From Gracilinanus agilis (taxonomy: Eukaryota), in NCBI RefSeq assembly GCF_016433145.1, contig NC_058134.1, forward strand, positions 304,847,151-304,911,150: 64,000 nucleotides of DNA, given 5' to 3'. The notes under the pieces were generated by a model. The model saw only the letters and a list, made by a program, of their open reading frames with translations, had not been told where the DNA came from and searched no databases. Shown here piece after piece: positions 33,624 to 47,525 of this stretch (position 1 is the stretch's first letter; each line of letters begins with the position of its first letter). The position numbers and the translations under genes are program-made.

Positions 33624-36600
33624 ACTGTTAGGTAGACGTAGTATTAACTCCCACCTTTCTCCAGCTCTAAATAAAGGAATAGAAGTGGAAACCAAAGCAG
33701 AATAAAGAAATGAGGTTGTTTACTACCGATGGCCTACTAAGCATGTTGGTGCCTTCAGAGAAACCAGGAAGTAGAGACAGAAAACCAGATTTTTTGCCTA
33801 AAGAAGCTCTATCCCTCTGCTTGGCAGAGAAGTGGGGGAACTACAGGTGTTCAACTTGTCAGGGTCTTTCACACGATTCCTGCTCTTTTAGGGGAAGGGG
33901 ATTCTAACAGATGATCCTGTTCTTTAAGGCATAAAACTTTTAAAAAAAAAAAAAAAGAAGAAGAAGAAGAAGAAGAGCTGTCACCAGAAAGGCCTAAGCC
34001 CCTAAAGAAAAGAAGTCAATGTTATTGATTCCACCCTAGCCAAGGGGCCTGAGAGAGATCAGAGCCATTGCAATTCCATGCCTCAGCCCTTTCATGCAAG
34101 GGCTTCTCTGAGCCAAGGCTGGCTCTCCAGATCCACCCTCCAAGCTCCCCAGGAGAGCTGCCCCTGCCATTCCTCAACCCAGAAAACAAGAGACAAGAGT
34201 CTCTGGAGAGAGCCAAGAGGAAACCACCCTGCTGGTAGAGGATGACCCACAGCTTTATTCTACAGGGTCCCACCCTCCTCTCCCACCTCTGGGGTTCATG
34301 TTTAAGATAGCTGGCCTCTAGTCCCTCCCTTTCCCTTAACCCCAGGCAATCTGTCCTCCAGTGCCTCTGGGTCCAATGCTAGTGAGTTTAGGGTTAAGGG
34401 TCTGTTTCCACCCACCACCTCCTCCATGAACCCCTCACCCAAAGTTTCCTCAGACCTCTGGACTGGGTCTCTCCTTTGGTGGCTCCAGGGCACAGGGACT
34501 AGAAGAGGCTGCATCAACACGTCTGAGTCCCCCCCAGTGCCTTGGGGTCCCTCTCCTCAGTCCACCGTCCCCATTGGCTGGTAAAAGGCAAACCCAAATG
34601 GCAAAAATCAAACACTAGGAGAAGCCAGCCTTTCCCAAAGTGGACCAACTTGATCCCAAACTCCGTTTCACAACATTCACCAAGAAGGGCTGGCAGTTCA
34701 GGACACAGGAGGCAATATTAAATGTTCCATCTTCATAGATTCTGAGAACAGAATGTCACTGACATGAGGCTGGCAGGAACCTCTCTGCCAACGCCTAATC
34801 CAGTCCAGGCCAAAGGGCACAAATCTTGCTGAGGAAAGCCTGGGCTCCACAGACACCTCCAAGATAGGAGGCATCCAAGACCCAAGAAAGCCCAGGTTGC
34901 CTTTGGAGCCTTTAAAGTGATTCAAGTCAGCTCCAGTAGGTTTCCTAGATGCATCCTTCAGGATCTTATACTCTGCCAGAGGACAAAACGTGGAGACAGA
35001 GAAGCGAATTCAAGAAAGATACCATGGCCAGGCAAGAAGTGCTAATGGCTAAGAGTGTTAAGAAGGGCTCCACAGAGAAGGGGGTGGTTGAGGAAAGGTA
35101 ACATTCGAAGAGACCTCCAGGTAATTTTTCCCACAACTGTGCCCACTTCTCTCCTCGGGGATTGAGTAAAGTGCCTCTCAACCAATAGCAGCCCTGAAGG
35201 CGGCTACCCTCCAGCTGCTTCCACCCTGTTTCTCATCCTTAAGACAAACGTCTCCAGTTACCCAACAGCCCCTAGAGCCATCACCAGTCTCTGGACACAC
35301 ACCTTGTCCTTGTTTCTGAAGTGTGGAGGTCATACCTAGAAGTGACGCCCTCTCTTGTCATGCCAAAGGATGCCTCGCTCTGGGGGGCAGTCCAGGTCTC
35401 CACAGCCTCTCTGGCTGCCACACTGCACAGAGGACACAGACAGCAGCTGCCACTCAAATCCCAGGACTTCTGAGAGTCCTCTGGTCCCCAATGTGGTCAG
35501 CCCAGAAACAAGCACACCCTCAGTCCCCTACCCCAAGTCACTGGAACCAATGATTGTTCCCAAGACCTGGCTGTGGCTGGCTGCCAGGGACACTTTGGGG
35601 GATCCACCAGGAGAAACCATGGCAATAATGAGAATTAGAGCAAAGGCTGCCTTACACAGGCATCGGAGTCTCAAAAACAGGCCAGGTCCCAGTTTTGCTT
35701 TTCCAATGGTCTTTCACTAAAGAAATGAAGCCCTCCCACTCCAAAGCACTGGATGATCTCAGAGTAAGCAATGTGGCAAAAAGAGGACTACTTGCTGATA
35801 GGAAGAAAAACCGACGAAATGCCTTGAACTCAAGTCCTATCAATAAACCTAAAGGGAAAATACAAAAAGAATGGGCCTACATGCAGATAAGTGAGAACTC
35901 TCTTGGGTGCCAGGCATTAGGGTGACCAAGCTGTGGGGACACTGGGTAAACCACAACTCATGTGTGATGGCCCAAACCAGGAACCTATTATGACCCAATG
36001 GACGATATTCAGAAAATGTGCTCAAGGGCAAAGCGGATGCCATCCCAAATTAACTTAAGGACAACGGTGCCCATCCGAAATCCCCTTTCCCACGCTGGTC
36101 TTAAGAAAGAGACTCGATGTCCAATCTCTGTGGAGTTCATGAACAAGGAGAACTGTTCTGAATCCTGCAGAGTACAAATAAAACATAATCCAACTCGCCC
36201 TTCCCTCTCCCCCACTGGACCTCCCTCCATTTTGAGCGAGGGCCCAGGCCAGCCGCATTCATTCCTCTCTGGCTCTGCTCTGATTCTGTACTTGGCCTCC
36301 AAGTCCCCTACACACCTCCCCTCTCCTATGCTGTCTGGGGGGGAGACATCAGGTCCTGTTGGTTGGCATTTCTACTGCCAGTCAGCCCTTATCAGAGGGT
36401 CTAGGCACATGGGAAGTGTTTAATGGCAGCTGACTTGACTTCGCTAACTTCTGGCCCTTTCTATGTAAAGCATCTAAGCAAAAAATGGCAAGCAGAAGCC
36501 AGGGGGGTTGATGGCCCCGGCTGAGAGCTCCCCTCCCAGTCTACACCACAGTATTCCAGCAGGCACTTGGGAATGGCATTTTGGTCCAGAAACATTATTT

Positions 36601-39600
36601 GTGAGATAGCGTCTGTTCTAACCAGATGGTCGGGGCACTCGGCATAGTCCATGACCGTAACAAAGAGCTTTATGATACCTGACTATACCTAGAACATTCC
36701 TTCGACCTCTCTCCTCCTGGTCTCCTCAGCTGAGGGCAGAAGTTCTTGAGTTGCTGAATCTCTCTCCAGGAGCCCTTCCCACCCCAGGCCCTAAAATCTG
36801 TATCAATTATGGAAGGAAAGTAGCAGAATCAAAGTAGAGGCGCACTCACAGCAAGCATTTTTTCCAAGGTAATGGGAAAAAAAGAGGCAGCCCTGGGGAG
36901 GGAGGGCAGAGCAGAAGCATTTCATTTGTTAATTCTGTCTCAGTGAAACCTAAAGCTTTTGTGTGAGGTCTTTGGTTAATGGTTCATTTTATGATGGGGA
37001 GGGAAAATCGCCAGAAATCATTTTACAAAAAAGAATGGGATCAATAACATATATATAAAGATAAAAATGAAAGACTGGGCAGTCAGTCACTAGGCCCCAC
37101 TGGGTGGGGTGCCCTGGGCCAAGGCTCGGGGGCCATCACGCACATCTCCATCCCTGACTGATGAGAAGATTCTCAGCACTCTGTGGGTTCTCAGCCTATC
37201 AGCATCTGCTGCTGAATTGGGCTGGGAGAGGCTGTTTGGGACCTGAAACTATTGATGGGTGGATGGGGAGTGGGGGGCAGACATGTCTTTCCAAGTACTT
37301 TTTATCTTACACCTAGATATTCACAAAATTCAGGAACTCCCATATGGTTATGGGATTCCATTATCTCTGTCAAGAGAACAACTGCTGACGGACTCAAACT
37401 CGCTACAGAACTATTACACCATGAATCCAGAAACTAAAAGCATGTGTGAAATCACAAGCTGGGCCCAGGTCCTGAAAAGGGAAGCCTTCCCAATTAAGAT
37501 AATTCTTTTAAATGTTCATAATAGCAAGTCCTGGTCTACCACTGTTGCTGCCAAGCTCGATAGAATTTTGATGCTATGAGCAAATTCATTAAGAATCAAT
37601 GTTTTAAAAGAGAATATAAGGAAAAGGAAGGGGAGAATCCAAATAGCAAGAAAAATGGGCCACCCTAGATCTGCTCCATATTTATGATTCTATTCCACAA
37701 GAAGAGAGACGCCCTACACTGTACGGCAGCTTGCAACTCAGTGGCCCCAATGTTTGCTGATGAGACCAAATGGAGAGGCTCTTGGTGGCAAATCTCAAGA
37801 TCAGATCGGGGCCTCATGTTCTCTGGTACTGAAGGACTGTGGATCTTCTCTTCTCTGGTATTTTCCCCAAATCCACCATTTGTCAAGTGCTTTCGTGACC
37901 ATGAACGCACAGAAATAACCTTTGCCAGCCAATCATTCTTTTTCAATATAGTGGAATTAGGTCGACCATTAAGTAAACAAACATCGCTACGCATATTGAT
38001 ATTTTTCAATGGCAGGGAAAATCTGACAGGTTGCTGAAAACATTCCCAAACAGCCCTTACAAACAAATGAGGAGCTCCGTAAAAGCTTTGGGAATTGGAA
38101 AGATGGGAAGAGAAAAATGGACCAATGTCACAGAGAATTGCAACGTGTATGACTTTTAACTTACAGAGATGGGGAAATGTACTGAATGAAGAGCTTAGGT
38201 TCATAAATGTCAAAGATTTCCTCCAACAGTGTTCGTGTTTTGGATTTGTTTTAAGGATGGCTGGTGTCTCCAACATGATCCAGCATAAATACTTGAAATT
38301 GCAATGGTCTTTCTGCGTTCCAAAATGATCAGTTAATAGAATTCCAGTCCAAGTTGAGGATAATAGAAAATAATTAGGATCCAAAGAGATAAATACCCCG
38401 GCATATTAGTAAATATGAGAACCTGGAAAACAGTGAAAAAGTCATTTAGTCTGACTGAAACAAATGAACCAGCCATCTTCCCCCTGCAGTCCAAAGACAC
38501 TGAAACATCGCTATAAAGCTTTCACATGGCTAGAACCAGCTCACAAGAGTCTCACAAGAGGAAACATCAAAATGGAAGCTTAGCTGCTGGCTTAGTTGTT
38601 CACTTTTGATAAAGAAATAACTATTTATGGGGGAAAAAAAAAAAGAACAAGTTATTGAGAACACAATACAACCTTCTTCGAAGGTGCCATCCATCAAAAC
38701 TAGGGTATTCATAGCTTCCTAAATTGCATCCAATGAAGGATAAAAGAATGATGCTCACTCCGGCTGGAGGGATGTCACTACTTTCTTCCACATAAAAGCA
38801 TATGGCTCTCCAAAGAGGTGACTTGTCAAATATACCCCAAACCTCAACAGGCAAGAAAAACACTCCACAGAGTTGCATGATCGAGTAAGTCTGAGTGAGC
38901 TTGAACTGGGTCTGACTCCATGACCCTGGAGGACATTGTGGAACACTGGAAAGCATCCCTAAAGGCTCAGGGTGCCCTGATGAATCATGAACAAGATCAC
39001 CAAGGTTCAGAATACTTCCAAGTCCTCAGAAAAAGGCAAAATTGGAGCAAGAAATTCCAGAGCTTGCGGAAGATAACCAAAGGTTCAGGTGAGGACACGA
39101 ATGGCTGACAGGAATTGAAAGTTTTCCAACTTTGCCCCCTGGTACTTTGGTGTGGATCAACAGCTCAAGAGAAGCAGAGAAAGCTCAGGATGAGCCCGGG
39201 GTATGTGGGAAGTGTTCATTAAACAGACACGTCAAGCGCCAGGCTCCCTGGAGTTCCTGAATGATGGAATTTTGATTTAGTGGCAACGTTACTAAGTGCT
39301 CTTGGCAAAGTGTTGGATCATGCAAACTTCGGGTTAAGCATCTCTTTCAGAAGTGCTTAGGAACTCATCATGCATCCTCTGAAATCTATTGGCATTCTGG
39401 AATAAGAAAGCAGAAATCTCCATTTCAGTCAGGGTCAACTGTGCAAAAAAATCTCTTCCTGGGGCCGGGCACTAGAAGTTCCCTCTTAATTAGAGCCAAG
39501 CCCAACTCCTTCTACCACAATACACCTTCACCACTGGAAAGCTGTAAAACAGTCGAGTAGTAAGCATCAAAAGAAAAATGGAGAAAAGGAGGGCTAAAGC

Positions 39601-42600
39601 TTATTTTCTGAAAGGAACATGTTAAGGGAGTCCCAAGAAGAATTCACTACTCTAATGCAAAAGAAAGAATTAGTTAGTTGTTTCATCAGAGCATACCCAC
39701 TGGAGAGATGGACAAATAACTACCTCGAAAGGAAAAAAATGGCGAGTCAGTTTTGAGATCATTTAGCAAAAGGTGCCTGAATTAATCGTTCTTTCCCAGG
39801 GCAACAGGCATTAGCTACAGTACCAAGTCAAATTGGGGCCAAAAGATACTTAACACACACAAATGGAGAAATCACATTAAGGAGTTTCTACTGGAAAGCA
39901 GGGAATGAAGTGAACGGTCTTCATCTTGGCCTTTAAGTCATCTTTCTGAGACATTATTACATAGTAAAATGCTACAGAAGATAGTTAAACCAAACACTCC
40001 AGTATATCCTCAGTGTCAAATGAATGTTTCCATCGATGTGAGCATCATGCATAAAATTTGCTGCCATTCTTCAAGAGAAAGAAATCTCTTCTGTGAAGAG
40101 ATGTTGAGATCACATACAGCAAGGAAGGCACAGGATTTAAAACATCAGAAGAAAACCAACTTGTGCTAACTACTAGCCAAACATAAATAGACTAAGCCTA
40201 CCTTAGACTATCGATAACCATCCTGGGCAGAGGCCCAAAGCACTTCTATTTTCCCTTCCTGAGGATCACAACAGGAGATGAGATCACTTTCACAACTTGA
40301 GACGTTCCCTTAATATTAGGCTGTTTTCTAGAACTATGACACACATGTAAACTTGAGTTCAAAGAAATATGGGAAAATGTGGCAAAATCACTTCCCAATT
40401 GATTTTTCTTTGACAATGGGCGAAGAACAGTGAAGATACGGGGATGCAAATGGCAAATTTTTCTTATTCAGCAAACTTCTCATAAATCTGTAGCTAAGTA
40501 TTAGAAACCAATAAGCTTGTGAACTTTTTAAATACTTCTTTCTTGAGTTGACACACGATGTTTGAAAGCCACATAAATCTATCACAATAAGATAGATGAA
40601 CTCTTCAAAGAGAGGGCTTGCAAATAGTTCATTAATTACATAAAATGTGAAATTTCTTAGATATACATAAAATTTCTTGAGTCATCCTATATTCATGTAT
40701 TCTTCAACCCCAAATAGTTTTCAAAATTAATTTACATTAAGTGTATCATAAACTTTACCCATGTTACATATAAATTTAAAAGAAAATTATCTGTCTATGG
40801 CAGGACTGAAAACCTTGCAGGATGGTTTGGGGTTTTCTAAAGTAAACACCAAAAAAATGACCAGATGAGAGATTCTGAGCTGGAGGGGAGCTCAGAATCC
40901 AACTGCCTCATTTTACAGATGTGCCTTCTGACAGATACAAAGGTATCCGGGACAGGGTGGAAGTCCAAGCCGAGGACTCGTTCTGTTTCTTCCTATAATG
41001 AATGAGCCAGACTAGCCAACCTGGCGAAGACACAGTTCCTACCCTAATCAATCTCCCTGCCATCTTCTCAGTCATGAGTCAGAGCACTGATCCCATCCTT
41101 ACAAAAGGGAAGGAATCACCATGAGAGGGCTACGCTCTGGCAGGGTGGACCACAAGAACCTGGCATGACACTCTAGCCTTGACTTCCCAAAGAAAAGCAA
41201 ATAAGAGTTGCTTTTTCTGGCATGAACCCCAGGATTCTTCCCAACCCACCTGGAAACTAAGGCAAGTAGAACCCAAGTTTTATTGTAAAAAAGAGTATCA
41301 AAAACAAAGCCAAAGCTGCAGGACTCCGGGATACCTCATTAGACTGGGATCAGACACATTCAGAGAAGGGCCCCCCTAAAATGGTTTTACTCCATTACGC
41401 CTCCAGTCCACAGAGCAGCCTGTCACACCCTTGGCTCTGGGAGGTTAAACCAGCAGAAAGAATGAACTTGGGCAGGTTCTTCCACGACTTCAAGACTATT
41501 TCTGGTGTCAAATTGGCTCACCTGGGACAGGCTAGCCAATCAGCAGGGGATTCAAGTCTTTGGCCAAAGCAACCTACAAAATGCAGAATGACTTCAAGAG
41601 CCATCAATCTTGTCCCCTCTGCCAGAAAGAAGAGAGGCACACAGACTAGGTCCTGAGTCCCCATCGATGTGCTCGCCCACTAAAAGACTGAGAAATGCCT
41701 CAGAAACAGATGAAGAACCCCATGACAACATTAACTGAGAGGTTTTCTATTTTCCCCAATAAAATCCTTCAATGAAAGGCAGCCTCCAATCATGGTTATG
41801 GAAGAAGCGCCTGCACCCAAAGCTGAAGCAAAGAGTTTCTGTAAAGGTCTATGAAGGAAAATGTGCTTTAGCAAAGGTCACTGAGAGAAAGGTTAGAAAA
41901 CCCCTCGGGGTCTGGCTCCCTTAGTCACATGCAAATAGTGGACACCCTGTTTGCAAAAGATGCTTGCTCAGCCCTGACAGTACCTCAAGGGAGCAGCCCC
42001 CATTTGTTCTAACACAAGGCCATAACTGTGCAAGCAGCCACCAACAAACTCTTAAGAGGGCAGGAAAACTACACGTAATGTGAGGAAATCTCCTATGCTG
42101 CCAGCGGTGGTCTGTCCAGCTGCCCTGAGGATGACCTCAGAGAGGATCACAACCAAAATCTTGTTTGGCACTTTTTGCCCACTCGATTCCTCACCACACC
42201 CCACGGAAAGCGTCAGCCATCCTTTTGTCCTACACATGGCACAGATGCCCCCATTCTGTGTGTGCAGAGCAAAATCCAAAGAGTTCTAGAGGAAATATGG
42301 CCAATTCTCCTCTTCTCAAAGGGGTCTTGGCACATCTCAGTAGCACACAGCAAACTCGGGCCAAGCTAGGGGAAAAAGGACTAGATGTCAAGACACACCC
42401 ACTGGCCAGCGGAAGGGCCTAGATTCGAGCGCTGGCTTGAACCTGTACCTTCACACCTGATTTAAGGGCATCTAGGGGAGATGACCATTCTCTGCTCTCC
42501 TGGAAACCAAGAGAATGCTGGGTGATGAACAGCAAGCACATGGAAGGGTGGGAGACAAACTAGGACCCATCTCAGCACTCACTCGTGCTCTTAAGCTCCA

Positions 42601-42878
42601 AGGAATAACTGGAGAGGGCCAAGGGCACAGGCTTGGGCAGGTAAACACTTGAATATTCACTAGAACTAATCAAACTGATGTTTGGGGGTTTGTTTTTCCT
42701 TAATGAATCAAACTTCATTAATTAGAGGGAAAATAAGGTCCGATTTAAAATTTACGATTAAAAATTTTCTAAATCAAACTTGTAGCTACTGAATTATATA
42801 TGACTTTTCTCTCTCAAACACACAGGTGTGCACATAACACATACCCCCCCTCGAGGCCAGCAGCCACCCCACATTTAC

Positions 42879-43237
42879 CTGTGTCCAGGCGCTTTCCTGG
42901 GGTCTCGTCATCAGCTTCGGAATCCGCACAGGCGCTCCGTGACCTTTTCCTTGGCTGCAGAAGNNNNNNNNNNNNNNNNNNNNNNNNNNNNNNNNNNNNN
43001 NNNNNNNNNNNNNNNNNNNNNNNNNNNNNNNNNNNNNNNNNNNNNNNNNNNNNNNNNNNNNNNNNNNNNNNNNNNNNNNNNNNNNNNNNNNNNNNNNNNN
43101 NNNTTACATCGGTGGATGACTCAGCTACTGCAGAGACTGTCGAATCATTGAGATTACTGTCAGGTTTAGGTTCTGGAGTGTGTCCATTTACCATTTCTTT
43201 CTGAATGGAAGTGCTATATAATTCATTATCAAATTTT
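42879..43237 (-). CDS. BRD1: BRD1 exon 7, long (alternative-acceptor) form; visible part only. Both the long and short acceptors fall inside N gaps
   Basis: Open frame KFDNELYSTSIQKEMVNGHTPEP...AESSTDV[gap]LLQPRKRSRSACADSEADDETPGKRLDT, donor ACA G|gtaaat at 42879/42878; matches recalled human BRD1 long isoform; true start predicted near 43376 within gap 43238-43401. Confidence 0.9.
42964..43103. other. N gap (140 nt) inside BRD1 exon 7
   Basis: Direct read. Confidence 1.
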
Positions 43238-43401
43238 NNNNNNNNNNNNNNNNNNNNNNNNNNNNNNNNNNNNNNNNNNNNNNNNNNNNNNNNNNNNNNN
43301 NNNNNNNNNNNNNNNNNNNNNNNNNNNNNNNNNNNNNNNNNNNNNNNNNNNNNNNNNNNNNNNNNNNNNNNNNNNNNNNNNNNNNNNNNNNNNNNNNNNN
43401 N
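43238..43401. other. N gap (164 nt) covering the long exon-7 acceptor
   Basis: Direct read. Confidence 1.
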
Positions 43402-44934
43402 GAAAACTGATCATTAAAAAAATGTATTATAAAACTTATTATAAATGTGAAGTCCACCAAAATACTAAGTTCAGTTAAGGAAACAAAGCATAATATTTTA
43501 AATACAGAAATGTCCTAGTTAGTAGAGTCTAAATTTATCTTATGATTAGAGCATGGATGGTAAAGAGAAGCTTAAAGCCGGTGTTAAGGTTCCGCCTGCC
43601 TGGTATTTTAGTCTAACAGCAGAGGACTAAGCTGACCCTAGTCATTATGGTGCAGGCTTCTGCGTTTATAAAATTCCTTTCTGTAAAAAAATTAGAAAAG
43701 ATCATTTCACAAATGCCACTATTAAATTCACCTTTAAATTCATGAACAAGTCTCATCGGAATACTCAGCTTACCTGCAAGGGAATCCTTCACAAACTCTG
43801 ACTTGAGGCAACTGATTTAAGGTATCGTTTAAAGCCTCCTTCTACCATGGCACATCAAGCTGGACCAATGAAAAGGGGGCTCTCAACAGTGTATCTTGAT
43901 TTTAGTTAACTCAATTGAGATAAATAGCCCAAATTTCTACAGGAACTAATAACTCAAGGATCAAAGAACTTGGCCAGAGCTTCCTTGTCAAGCGTTTCAG
44001 ACTATTTAATCCTAGAACCTAAGTGATACGAACTGGGAACCCTGGTCACCATTTAGAATAAGCAAGCTCTTCTCCAAGCTCTGCCCCTTGACAAGCTTCC
44101 TAGCAGAGGAGGTTCCATGCACTGTGTCCAGGAAGGCTTCCATGGCCAAGAGCATAAATAGCTTCTCTTAGAGAAACCATTGGGCCTCCCCACTCTTTTG
44201 CTTAAAACATCCCCAAATTATGTCTGTGATGTAGCACTGATGAAAAGTACATCCCCTGGAACACTGGATTCTTTCAAAGTCTTCCATTAGCCAGCAAGCC
44301 CCTCTTGGGTAGGAGACTCTTCTAATTGAAGAGTGAACTCCAAACAACTCAAGGGAGACTGGTTAGGGCTTTCTGCATAACACTGCCCACCCCACCCCAA
44401 ATATTCTTGAGGGGCAGAGAAAGAGTTAAGTCTAAGGCATTCCAAGTAGATAGAAGGGAAACCAGGAATTTTACGGATAATCATATAAGAAAACCCATAT
44501 TCAACATGTCCACAGACAACCAAAGGCCATATGAAACAGAAGGGGGATTTGGTTCCTTTTAATCACTGAATCTAGGAGTATTTTGTCATTCCATCAAGCC
44601 TTGCAGTTGTTTTTAAATTATATTTTACTGAACATCAAAACTTTGCAAATGGAGGTGACTACATTTTCTAACCTCCTCCTCCTCTTCCTCCAAAGAGTTC
44701 AGATTCTGCAAACAGACTTGATCACATTATTTTTTCTAAATTACTCCCAGAACTCATAGGTCTTTCACAATTTAAAATACCGTGTCTCTACCATCTCAAG
44801 ATGCAATTTACATTGGGATTTCTTTGGGGTGGGAGAAGAAAAATCCGATTCATCGTTACTCAGAACAGGAAAGGTTTGATATCGAATTGTCTTACGGGGA
44901 TTTGGAGAGGCAAGGAATAAGTCTCTATGAGGAG

Positions 44935-45135
44935 CTTATTTAGTGTCTACCACAGCACTAAGAGCTTTTATACAAATACTATTTCACATGATCCTCACAA
45001 CAATCTGTAATTCCCCATTTTACAAATGAGGAAACTGAGGCAATAAGAGGTTACGTGACTTGCCCAGGGTCACTCAGTTACTAAGGGTCTGAGATAGGAT
45101 ATGAACTCAGGTTGCCCTGACTCCAGGCTACTTCA
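44935..45135 (-). mobile_element. MIR-type CORE-SINE
   Basis: gatcctcacaacaatc...ccccattttacaaatgaggaaactgagg...gtgacttgcccagggtcac. Confidence 0.8.
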
Positions 45136-47039
45136 ATGCTGTGACTCTGAGACTGCCTGAGGCTATGTCTTTGAACTTTAAAAATACATTCTTAAGACAT
45201 TCACATGTCACATTAAAACATTTATCTGAGTTTTCATAAACTGGTTAAAAACAACTTACTTCAAATGCTAAACTTAAAAAAGAAAGGCTTTTTCTGAGCA
45301 AAGCCTCGAAAAGCAAAGCAGAGATGGTCCTTGGACTCACAAAAAAAAAAGCCAGATGATACCACAGGGGAGTTGGTTAGAGAGGCTAATACTCTAAAAC
45401 TTCACTATTGCTGGCTCTTTGGAGAGAATGGCGAAATCTGCCACCATCTTGGAAAATCAGTGCCCCTGGGGAGAGAGGTCTGAGGTCTTAGAAGAGTTTG
45501 TAAATACTGCCTCAATCCCTTAAAAGAAATCAGAACATTCGAAAAAAGGGGTGGGGGGGAGTCCTTCCCACTGACACCTGGGATCAGGCCCAAAGACTAA
45601 TTGCAAATGACTTTCTATCTAGCCCCCAAGAGAGGGGTTGGCCCAGAGCCTCGTGGCCCTCATCTTGGGTGGCAGGCCTTCTGCTTCTGCTTTCTATGAC
45701 AGAACAAACCCCAGCTGCCGTTAACTACTACTTGAAATAAGGCTCTCCTCTGGAGAAGAACAGCTACAAAGCAAACATCAATTATATATAAATATAGATT
45801 TTTTTAAATTCCATTTTATTTTAATTTCAGGTCCAAATTCTTCCCCTCTCCTACCCGGTAGGAAGGCAAGAGAAAAAAGAAACCATTATAAATGTGAGTA
45901 GACATGAAAAACCATTTCCTGCATTAGCCATGTTCAGAATTTTCTTCTAAGTAATACAGGAGTCAGAGAAGTACCAAGGGCAGCTTGTAAAGCTGGTGCT
46001 TATGGGGTGATAACGGGGGCCCCTAGGTCTCGTCTCACTGAAGACTACCAGAACTGGCTGGCTAAGAAAAAAGTTCAGTGACTTTTTGGCTGACTTAATC
46101 TTCCCCCCAAAAAGCAAGAATAGTAAATATCACTTTTCTTCAAGCTCAATTCTTTCTAAATCTTAGTCCATATATCCTGGGAATCACTAAAATAAGATTA
46201 TTTTTTAATGTCCAAGCAACAGGATACCTAGAGATGCTGTAGAAGTACTTTAATGTGAAGTATCAAAAATTAATGTAAGTTAAACACGAGCATAATAGCA
46301 AAGAAAAACATCTCTGGAGACCAAACCAAGCTAGTCCCCAGCTAGAATCTTGCCCTGGGTTTTTCTCATCACAGGATCTGAAGGTGACACGATGGCCAGG
46401 CATCCAGACAGTGAGGGTGAGACCCCAGAACAGCCAAGGAGGCCTGCCTGAGGCCAGAAGCCCAGGAATGCCCTGAGCCCCCCCCCCCAAGACCATGTGT
46501 CCCCTCTTTCCCACCCCCTCCTGACCCCTGCCCTGTCCATGCCTTGCTAGAAAATGTCTTTGATTTCTTAAGGTTATTCTCCTGTCACACTGGGCGTCAA
46601 GATCCTCAGACCAATAATGGGGCTCTTACATGCTCCAGTGTGTTGAATAAAAAGCAAACTGTTACTCAGTGAGCCCACCTTTTGGGGAAACTCGAAATGC
46701 AAGTGTGGCCAAGCCTCTGGAGAAGCCAGAGACTCAACCCAAGGGCTACAACCTTTGGCTTTCTTTGTGTATTTCCCTCTCATTGGAGTGGACTTCTTAT
46801 TTTATGAATTTACAAGTAAGATTCTAAGAAGGGATCCTCGGCTTCTCCAGAGAGTCCCAGAAGACCACAGAGAACCTCTCGTGTGAAGGGAAAGGCAAAA
46901 AGTTCAGAGAAGGCCCACAAAAAGACAGTGACTGAGGCCTGGAGGAATACCAATCAATACCTGGGCATGGCCCATGGGCAAGAATAATGAACTCTCCCTA
47001 CCCTACACCCCCCATATCTCATCTCCCTTCAGCTCTTAG

Positions 47040-47233
47040 CTGTTGTTTTAGTCATGACCCCATCTGGGGTTTTCTTGGCAAAGATTCTGGAATAGTTTGC
47101 CATTTCCTTCTCCAGTTCATTTTATAGATGAGGAACTGAGGCAAACAGGGTTAAGTGATGGCTAAGGCCAGATTTGAACTCAGAAGAGTCTTCGTGACTC
47201 CAGGCCCAGCACTCTGTACCACCTTGTTGCCCT
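47040..47233 (-). mobile_element. MAR1 marsupial SINE
   Basis: ggggttttcttggcaaagattctggaatagtttgccatttccttctccag signature. Confidence 0.85.
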
Positions 47234-47311
47234 CCTCTGTTAGCTACTTGAGGGGAATCAAAGCATTTATTAAGCTCCTACTGTGTGCTAGGGACTGAGC
47301 CAAGATGCTCA

Positions 47312-47525
47312 TTTAAAAAACCCTGGGGATATGATTGGGGTATAGACTCTAAATGATCATTCTACTGCAAATATTAATAATATGACACATGTAAAACCCG
47401 ATGGAATTGCTCGTCAGCTACAGGAGAGGATTGGGGAGGGGAGGGAAAGAACATGAATCATGTAACCATGGGAAAATATTCTAAGTCAAATAAATAACTC
47501 AAATGTTTAAAATTAAAAAAAAAAA
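47312..47525 (+). mobile_element. Short L1 3' end
   Basis: ggggtatagactctaaatgatc...catgaatcatgtaaccatgggaaaatattc and A tail. Confidence 0.8.
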
